The translations under genes were made by a program, and so were the position numbers. Below, one piece after another: positions 57,590-64,000 of a stretch of DNA of 64,000 nucleotides (positions within the stretch are counted from its first letter, which is position 1; every line of letters starts with the position of its first letter). Location of the stretch: assembly GCA_903872505.1 (NCBI GenBank), contig CAIQKV010000042.1:1139-65138 (forward strand), written 5' to 3'. The stretch comes from an uncultured Opitutia bacterium. Lineage in GTDB: Bacteria > Verrucomicrobiota > Verrucomicrobiia > Opitutales > Opitutaceae. The notes beneath the pieces were generated by a model. That model searched no databases and was not told the DNA's origin. It saw nothing but the letters and a program-made list of their open reading frames with translations.

Positions 57590-60371
57590 GGTGGGAGAAA
57601 GCCCGACGGGCGACCAGCTGCACGCGGCAGCCGAGCCGCGAGGGATCCACGCGACCGGTGAGCGTGACCGGCGATCCGCGCCAGTCGATCTCGAGGAGAT
57701 TCGCGCCGCGCCGGACCGCCGCGGTCACATCCACCTCGTCCGGCGCCCAACGCACGGAGCCGCAAGGCACGCCGTTCACGCGCACCGCCGCGCCGTTGCC
57801 GGAAATCCCCGGGCAGCGCAGCCGGACCCTGCCACCCGGCTTGGCCTTGAGGTTGAATCGCTGCCAGTAGCGCACCGGACCGCAGTAAAACGGCAGTCCC
57901 AGCGCCGTCCGCGTCGTGGCCGCAGTCGCCGTGGCCCGGCGGGCGGGAGTCGTCTCGAGCGCCCCACCCGGCCGCACGATGACATTCCCCTCCAGGCGGC
58001 AGGCGCCGATCATCCCGTCGGTCGCGCGCCGGAGGGTGAACCGGAATTCCAGGCGGTTGATGCCCGGACGGGCGCAGCCCGCCAGCGAATGGCACCGGAC
58101 GAAATCCCCGGCCTGGCGCCACTTGGCCAGCGGCCGGCCGTTGAGCCGCGCCGTCCAGTCGCCGCGCATGTTCCCCTCCTCGCAGACCAGGTTCAGCACC
58201 GGCCTGCCCCGCAGGGCGAAACTCGTGCGGTAAGTCCAGGTGTGCGCGGCGCCCAGTTCGGCCTGCAACGGCACCGGCCCGAAGAGCGTCTGCCCCGTCG
58301 TGGGCGCCAATCCGGGCCGCAGGTCAAACGCCGGGGACAGCTCCACCTTCCGGCCGTTCAGCGTCCACTCGTTGAGAAAGACCGGGTTCGAATTCGGCCG
58401 GACCACGTTCCAGCGGTCGGGCAGCGCGAGCAGAGTCCGGTCCGGTTTGGCCACAACCGCCGCCACGCGCCCGTCCACGATCCGGCTCTCGCCGCCTTGC
58501 AGCCGTCCGCGCGTCTCGCCGAGCGAGAAGCCCGCCGGCTTTTTTCCGATGTTCGCCACCAACCACCGCCCGTCGCTCCGGCGCGCCGCGTGGATGTCCC
58601 CGTTGCTTTGGAGCGGACCGCGCAACGACTGACGGGCCGTCCGCTCGTCCAGCACCGGGCCTTTCCGGCCAAGCGCCGTCAGTCGCGTGCGGGTCTTTCG
58701 GTCGGTGAAGTCAGAGAAAAACACCAGGTGCCGGTAACGGCAGGCCCCAAACGCGAATCGCCCGCCGGCCGCCGTCACGCCGGGCAGTTCGTCGTCGTCG
58801 ATCCAGTGCAGGCGCAATCCGCGCCGGGCCATCTCCGTGGCAAAATTCGCGGCGCGTGTGAGCAGCCGGTCCGCCTTGGGCTTGGCGGCGTTGGGGAGCC
58901 CGCGCAGGAAATCGATCGGGCGGATGGCGAGGACATCCGGTTCCACCCCCGGGCCGAGCCACTCCGCCGCGCGGCGGAATTCATCCGCCAGCGCGGCGAG
59001 GTCCTCCCCCGCGAACGCCGGCGGCGCAAAGCTCGGCGGCGCGTCCAGCTTCCGGTAGCCATCGAGCGAGTAGAGGAAGCCATGCGGCACCAGCACGTTG
59101 ACGCCCGCAACGGCGAGCCAGTCGGCCATGCGCTTCATCGTGCGCAAATCCAGGGTGAAGTCGCAGGCGCCAAACGCCTCGCACAGGACCTGCGGCCGGC
59201 CGGCCTGCGCCGCCGCCGAGACCGCGAGGCCCGCGGTCAGGTTCAGGATCGCGTTCTTCCGGTCACCCGCGGCCGGGATAATCACGTCGCAGCCCGGCAC
59301 CTGGAACTGGCGCAGGTTCGCCAGCACGCTGCCGACGTGGCGGGATTCGTACCACCATTCCTCCTCCGGGCTGATGTGACCCGTGAGCGCGATCCCGTTC
59401 CGGCCGCACCACCGGCTGATCGGCATGGTCCAGTGTTCCAGGAACGCCCGCGCCGTCACCCGCCGGTAGCGGCGCCGCTCCGCGTCCGCGGCCGCGCCTG
59501 TCTCCCCGGCGAGGGCGAATGCCAGCGCCGGCGTGATCTTCCCGATCTTTTCGGCGACGCCCCACCCCCACGGCAGCGGGTTCCGAAACTTCGGTTCGTC
59601 GCAAAATATTCCGGGCACGGTCCGCCCAAAGTGCTTCCCAAACCGGTTCCGGTACGCCTCGTGGGTCAGCTCCAGAAAAAGCCGGGTGGCCGCCGGGTTC
59701 GAGACATCGACGTAATTGCCGAACGGCTCCAGCAAGTCCCCGCCGGTCTGGCGGGCGATCGCCACCAGTTCCCAGCTGCCCCGGGGCAGCACCGTGGCCA
59801 CGACATTCTCCGGCAGGACGCAGATGGCACGCGGACAGTCAAAAACCTCCGCCGGCCCTGAGGGATAATACAGCCGGCTGTCCACCAATTCGGTCTTCCG
59901 CCAGGTGTCCGCGACGGGGCCCACGCAGTCCCGCAGATCGATGGTCTCGCGCCGCCCGGTCCGCCGGCGGGCGTAGCAGGCCAGGACCTCGCCGCCGCCG
60001 AGTTTCCACTCGATCCGCCGGCCACCCGGAAAAACCCCGCGTTCCACCCGCAGCGACTGCTCGACGAACTCGGGCCGGCGCCGCACCACCTCGCCCCCCG
60101 CCGCCCCGCTCGGATAGGGCATTTCGTCGTAGAGCCACGCGCGCAGCCCGAGTTGCCGCGCCTCCGCGATGCAGCACGCCACCGCCGCGAACCACTCCTC
60201 CGAGAGATACGGCGTCGCCAGCCCCTCCCGCGCGTGGATGAAAAACCCGTCGCCGCCCGCCGCCCGGATTTCCCGGATCCGCGCCTGCAGCCGCGCCGGC
60301 TCCAGCCGGTGGTTCAGAAAAAAGAACGGCAGCACCGCGGCGGACGGGGGCTTGTGTCCGGTCCGGCGCAT
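57576..60371 (-). CDS. large glycoside-hydrolase-like protein with two C-terminal galactose-binding-like (GH2-N type) beta-sandwich modules
   Basis: 931 aa. N-terminal barrel-like region (…FFFLNHRLEP…GGDGFFIHAREGLATPYLSEEWF…WLYDEMPYPSG). C-terminal …ARLNGRPLAKW…GINRLEFRF… and …VRVNGVPCGSVRWAPDEVDVTAAVRRGANLLEIDW. The 3' end overlaps the next gene by 14 nt. Confidence 0.7.
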   Translation of the reverse strand: MRRTGHKPPSAAVLPFFFLNHRLEPARLQARIREIRAAGGDGFFIHAREGLATPYLSEEWFAAVACCIAEARQLGLRAWLYDEMPYPSGAAGGEVVRRRPEFVEQSLRVERGVFPGGRRIEWKLGGGEVLACYARRRTGRRETIDLRDCVGPVADTWRKTELVDSRLYYPSGPAEVFDCPRAICVLPENVVATVLPRGSWELVAIARQTGGDLLEPFGNYVDVSNPAATRLFLELTHEAYRNRFGKHFGRTVPGIFCDEPKFRNPLPWGWGVAEKIGKITPALAFALAGETGAAADAERRRYRRVTARAFLEHWTMPISRWCGRNGIALTGHISPEEEWWYESRHVGSVLANLRQFQVPGCDVIIPAAGDRKNAILNLTAGLAVSAAAQAGRPQVLCEAFGACDFTLDLRTMKRMADWLAVAGVNVLVPHGFLYSLDGYRKLDAPPSFAPPAFAGEDLAALADEFRRAAEWLGPGVEPDVLAIRPIDFLRGLPNAAKPKADRLLTRAANFATEMARRGLRLHWIDDDELPGVTAAGGRFAFGACRYRHLVFFSDFTDRKTRTRLTALGRKGPVLDERTARQSLRGPLQSNGDIHAARRSDGRWLVANIGKKPAGFSLGETRGRLQGGESRIVDGRVAAVVAKPDRTLLALPDRWNVVRPNSNPVFLNEWTLNGRKVELSPAFDLRPGLAPTTGQTLFGPVPLQAELGAAHTWTYRTSFALRGRPVLNLVCEEGNMRGDWTARLNGRPLAKWRQAGDFVRCHSLAGCARPGINRLEFRFTLRRATDGMIGACRLEGNVIVRPGGALETTPARRATATAATTRTALGLPFYCGPVRYWQRFNLKAKPGGRVRLRCPGISGNGAAVRVNGVPCGSVRWAPDEVDVTAAVRRGANLLEIDWRGSPVTLTGRVDPSRLGCRVQLVARRAFSHHDET

Positions 60372-60372
60372 G

Positions 60373-60942
60373 TCAGGTCACCAGGTCCTCCGGGGAAACT
60401 GCCGCCCGGCCCGCCGCGGGCGCCACCGGCCGCAACCGCGCCGCCAGGGCCTGCTGCACCACCGCGGTGCGCCGCCGGTAATAAACCGCCATCCCGCCCT
60501 GGTAAATCAACGTGACCACGGCCAGCGAGCCATAGAGGGCGTAAAACATCAGCCGCACCATCGGCAGGATCGCCGCCAGGTCGACGCCGGCCTGCGCCAG
60601 GTCATTGCGCATGTCCGGCGTCAGGTTGCCCATGACGCTTTCGGCGTCGAAGCTCGCAAACCGGCTGGCCGCGTAGACCACGATCACGCCGAGCACCAGC
60701 AGCTGGCTGCGCACGAGGCGGCGCATGCCGTCCGCGTCACCGCGCAGGATCTGCTTGCGGCCGGACAATTCCATCCCGCCGCCCACCGCCACCAGGGCCC
60801 CGACCGCCGCCCCGATGAGATCGCCGAAGGCCAGCGAGACGAGCGCGCCCAGGCCCGCGACAATCGCGACGCCGAGGCCATTCAGCTTGGCCGTGCGCAG
60901 GACGCGCCGCAGCTGTTCCTCGGGGGTGCGCGGTGGTTTCAT
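60373..60942 (-). CDS. membrane protein, unknown function
   Basis: 189 aa from the ATG at 60942 (MKPPRTPEEQL), with 4 predicted TM helices. The stop lies 1 nt before the start of the 931-aa gene. Confidence 0.55.
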   Translation of the reverse strand: MKPPRTPEEQLRRVLRTAKLNGLGVAIVAGLGALVSLAFGDLIGAAVGALVAVGGGMELSGRKQILRGDADGMRRLVRSQLLVLGVIVVYAASRFASFDAESVMGNLTPDMRNDLAQAGVDLAAILPMVRLMFYALYGSLAVVTLIYQGGMAVYYRRRTAVVQQALAARLRPVAPAAGRAAVSPEDLVT

Positions 60943-61004
60943 GGGACGGCGCAGCCTGTGCCAGCCGCTTTCCCCCCGCGAGCCCATTCAGTCGGCCGGC
61001 CCGG

Positions 61005-62075
61005 TCACGGGGCGTAGCGCGCCGGGTGCTCGCGTGCGTGGCGGTCGAGGCCATCCATGATCGCGAGGCAACTGTGCGGCCAGCGCTCGGGCGGCATGTC
61101 CTCGGTGATGCCGACGAGCAAGCCGTCCACCGGGCCGGCCTGTTCCAGCAGGTCGAACGCGACCTGTTCGACGGCGGCGTCCGGCTGGAGGTGCACCGAG
61201 GAGGGAAAGTTGATCCACAGGACCTTGCCGGGCCAGGCGGCGCGCGCCTCCGCCAGGGTCTGGTCGGTGTCGGGCGCGGGCGTGAAGGCCTCGATATAGT
61301 CCAGCGCCGTGCCGGCGATCGCCGGCGCGAGGATCCGCGTGTTGGCGTCGAAGTGGCAGCCGATCAGCTTGCCGTGGCGGTGCATGACCTCGGCCGCCTC
61401 GTTGTAGTGCGGCACGAAATATTTCTCGAAGTTCTCCTTCCCAATTATCTCGGGGGTCACGTTGCCGCCGTAGTTGGCGTGCGAGGCCGGCGACTGCGCC
61501 ACGAGCGGGTAGATCTTGCGGCGGTTCGCCACGAGGATCTCGTACAGCCGCAGCACCTCGTCGCGCCGTTCCATCCACTCCTCGCAGTACGTCTGCATGC
61601 CCATCACGCCGCCGGAAATGAGCTCCTGCATCGGCTCGAGCCCGAAGTTCGCGCGGCAGATCGCGTCCCCGCCAAACGCCGCCTCGGCGCGGGCATACGC
61701 GGCGTAGGCCGGCGCGTAGACCTCGTCGCGCAGCAGGAAGCGGATCGCGGCGTAGTCCTCCGGCCGCTTGAGCAGGAGCTCGTGCCGCCAGGACGTGAAG
61801 CCGCCGTCCTCCGAGAGGGTCGACAACGCGCCGTGCGGGGTCTCGTAGCGGGTGCGGGTGAACTTGCGCTCCCCTTCCCAGTAGACCTCCTGCACCGTCT
61901 TCACGTTGGGCCGGTGGGTCGTGAAGACCGGGAGGCGGTGCACGATGCAGCAGCCGCGGTTGCGCAGCTGGCGCTCCCCCGCGCACTGGGGGATCATGCA
62001 CTCGTAGATGGTGAACGGCACGCGGTCGGTGTGTCCGCCGCGCAGCGCCTGCTCGACTCTCTCCCGTGGGGTCAT
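61005..62075 (-). CDS. URO-D-like family protein, paralog 3 (divergent)
   Basis: 356 aa: MTPRERVEQALRGGHTDRVPFT…, …GKLIGCHFDANTRILAPAIAGTALDYIEAF…, …LLVGITEDMPPE. Confidence 0.65.
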   Translation of the reverse strand: MTPRERVEQALRGGHTDRVPFTIYECMIPQCAGERQLRNRGCCIVHRLPVFTTHRPNVKTVQEVYWEGERKFTRTRYETPHGALSTLSEDGGFTSWRHELLLKRPEDYAAIRFLLRDEVYAPAYAAYARAEAAFGGDAICRANFGLEPMQELISGGVMGMQTYCEEWMERRDEVLRLYEILVANRRKIYPLVAQSPASHANYGGNVTPEIIGKENFEKYFVPHYNEAAEVMHRHGKLIGCHFDANTRILAPAIAGTALDYIEAFTPAPDTDQTLAEARAAWPGKVLWINFPSSVHLQPDAAVEQVAFDLLEQAGPVDGLLVGITEDMPPERWPHSCLAIMDGLDRHAREHPARYAP

Positions 62076-62093
62076 GGCTGGGTTTTCTGGGGT

Positions 62094-63107
62094 TCAGGGT
62101 TGATGCGTCCGCGCGTAATCGCACAGGGCGCGCAGATTGGCCTCGGGCGTGTCCGGCGGGACCTCGCAGCCTGCGCCGACGACGAAGCGGGGGCCGGCCT
62201 CGCGGTGGCAGGCCGCCACCGCGGCGGTCACCGCGGCCGGGGTGCCGTTGCGCAGCACGGCCACGGGATTGAGGTTGCCCAGCAGGACCTGGTCCGGGCC
62301 CATCCGGGCGCGGGCCTCGGCGAGGGGCACCATGGAATCGAGGTCCACGATGGCGCAGCCCAGGCGGCCCAGGCCGGCGAGATGGGCCCGCGTGTTGCCG
62401 CAGATGTGCAGGCGGACCGGCACGCCGAGGGCCCGGATCCCCGCCACGAGGCGCTGTTCGTAGGGCCAGACGAACTCGCGGTAGATCTCCGGCCCGAGGA
62501 GCGAGGCCGCCGCGTCGCCCATGCCGATCAGGTCCGCGCCCGCCGCCACCTGCTCGCGGGCAAAGCGCAGTTCCATCTCCACCACAAAGGCGAAGAGGTC
62601 GTGCACGAAGGCCGGGTCGTCGGAGAAATCCAGCATCACCGTGTTGATGCCGCGCAGGTCCGCCGCCTCGGCGACCGGCCCCTCGATCCAGCCCTCGACG
62701 AGCCGGGCCGGGCCCACCCGCTCCCGCAGGAGCGCCACGGCCCGGATGCGGTTGGTCATGCGGCCGCCCCCCAGCGGGTCGGGCGGCCGCAGGCCGGCGA
62801 GCTGGATTTTGTCGGCCAGCCGCGCCTCCTCCTCGATGATCGCCACCGGTTGCTCGTCGAAATACCGGACGCGCGCGCCGCAGTCCGCCGCCTCGACCGC
62901 GGGATCGGAGATGACGCTGACGTGGTCGAAGCCGAACTCTTCCGCGGTCCGCAGCTGCGCGGCGGCCAGCACGCGGTGGTCCGTGCAATAGTCGAGGTAG
63001 CGCACCCCCGCCCGCCGGGCGGCGAACATCATGGTGATGGGCATGAGCGGCAGCCGGTCCACGGGCCGGCCCGCGAGATGGGCGAGGATGCGTTCACGGC
63101 CGTTCAT
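62094..63107 (-). CDS. URO-D family protein (MtaA-like), paralog 4
   Basis: 337 aa: MNGRERILAHLAGRPVDRLPLMP…, DFSDDPAFVHDL, RLHICGNTR and VVGAGCEVPPDTP. Confidence 0.8.
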   Translation of the reverse strand: MNGRERILAHLAGRPVDRLPLMPITMMFAARRAGVRYLDYCTDHRVLAAAQLRTAEEFGFDHVSVISDPAVEAADCGARVRYFDEQPVAIIEEEARLADKIQLAGLRPPDPLGGGRMTNRIRAVALLRERVGPARLVEGWIEGPVAEAADLRGINTVMLDFSDDPAFVHDLFAFVVEMELRFAREQVAAGADLIGMGDAAASLLGPEIYREFVWPYEQRLVAGIRALGVPVRLHICGNTRAHLAGLGRLGCAIVDLDSMVPLAEARARMGPDQVLLGNLNPVAVLRNGTPAAVTAAVAACHREAGPRFVVGAGCEVPPDTPEANLRALCDYARTHQP

Positions 63108-63123
63108 GGTGCGCCGGGTCCGG

Positions 63124-64000
63124 TCAGTAGTTTCCCTCGCGCCGCCAGACGTCGAGCATGACCTCGTAGCTGGCCAGCGGCATGCCGGTGTAGATGCAAT
63201 TGCTCGTGGAGAAGATGTAGCCGCCGCCCGGCATGCCGGCCTGCAGCGCGTGGCGCGCGGCCGCCGCGACCTGCGCCGGCGTGCCCGTGTCCATCATGCC
63301 GCAGTGCACGTTGCCGATCAGGCAGACCTCGCGGCCGTGGCGCCGCTTGACCTCCGCCAGGTCCACCCCGCCCTGCGGATCGAGCGAGTGCAGGGCATGC
63401 GGCCCGGTCTGCACCAGCTGGTCGAGGATCGGCATGATGTTCCCGTCGGTGTGCTTGATCACGTAGTAGCCGAGGTCGCGGTAGCCGCGGGTAAGCTCGG
63501 CGAGGTAGGGCGTGACGAACTCGCCGAATTTCGCCGGGCTCAGGAATGGCCCGGTGTTGAAGCAGTAGTCCGCGCACAGCGCATAGCCGTCGAGCCCGCC
63601 CGGCCGGCGCCAGCGCGCCGCGCGCGCCAGCGACTCCCGCACCCAGCCGGCGGTCTGCGCCTTGAGCTTGTCCGGCTCCTCCACCATCGCGCAGGAGAAG
63701 GCCTCCATCTCGGTCCCGCTCGGGATCGCAAAGGTCGCGTCGCCGTGCGCCATGAGGAAATACCGGTCGCCCGTGCGCTCGCGGATCAGGTCCACCATCC
63801 GCTGCAGCTCCTCGTCGGTGGCCGGGTTCGCGTGGACGAAGATGGCGCTGTGCTCGAAGCGTTCGGCGGTGGCGATATAGAGGTCGGCCATGTCGCGCCG
63901 ATGCAGGTCCCGCTCCTTCTCCTCCATCTGCAGCCACTGGTCGTAGTTGCGGTGCGTGGGGTGCACGCGCCCGAAGGCCTCCATCGTGAGATAGAACACC
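63124..64000 (-). CDS. URO-D-like family protein, paralog 5 (5' end beyond the window)
   Basis: More than 291 aa, with …FLSPAKFGEFVTPYL…YYVIKHTDGNIMPILDQLVQTGPHALHSLDP…GGGYIFSTSNCIYTGMP…. The ORF is open at the window edge. Confidence 0.65.
   Translation of the reverse strand, partial: VFYLTMEAFGRVHPTHRNYDQWLQMEEKERDLHRRDMADLYIATAERFEHSAIFVHANPATDEELQRMVDLIRERTGDRYFLMAHGDATFAIPSGTEMEAFSCAMVEEPDKLKAQTAGWVRESLARAARWRRPGGLDGYALCADYCFNTGPFLSPAKFGEFVTPYLAELTRGYRDLGYYVIKHTDGNIMPILDQLVQTGPHALHSLDPQGGVDLAEVKRRHGREVCLIGNVHCGMMDTGTPAQVAAAARHALQAGMPGGGYIFSTSNCIYTGMPLASYEVMLDVWRREGNY

Overview
High-GC bacterial chromosomal segment. Hand counts of sampled lines give roughly 65-70% G+C, and long shadow ORFs appear on nearly every antisense strand. 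I call about 56 protein genes, one tRNA-Leu(UAA), one clear intrinsic terminator and two families of intergenic palindromic repeats. I recognise no rRNA, CRISPR array, transposase, integrase or phage genes.

Gene order, left to right:
- nadD (partial), tRNA-Leu, a stand-alone trpB, and two convergent glycoside-hydrolase-like genes.
- Membrane H+-pyrophosphatase, a LysR regulator, and plsY followed by a GNAT/aminotransferase fusion.
- A trimeric NuoE/NuoF-type [FeFe]-hydrogenase operon (order hydC-hydB-hydA) with a TonB-dependent receptor only 15 nt downstream.
- A DMT transporter, an aldo/keto reductase and an AmpD-like amidase.
- A coiled-coil/Pro-Ala-repeat membrane protein next to a GH28-like beta-helix protein.
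- SlyX, a response regulator, a DUF255 thioredoxin-domain protein and a deoxyhypusine-synthase homolog.
- A second DMT transporter, an ABC-F ATPase and deoA.
- A NatAB-like ABC exporter with a LytTR two-component system, then aminopeptidase N.
- A deoC / aldehyde dehydrogenase / POT transporter / truncated-ALDH string.
- A ~0.6 kb low-GC islet carrying an orphan membrane protein.
- Finally (49.4-64 kb, all minus strand) a carbohydrate-type gene string. Five mutually divergent URO-D (uroporphyrinogen decarboxylase/MtaA-like) paralogs are interleaved with a DUF2961/GH172 protein, a 931-aa GH-like protein, a secreted ankyrin protein and a POT/MFS transporter.

That last string is my best candidate for an undescribed system. 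Gene content suggests an anaerobic polysaccharide-degrading PVC-type organism (Verrucomicrobiota/Opitutales-like), but that is weak inference. All family calls rest on motif recognition by eye, not database searches.
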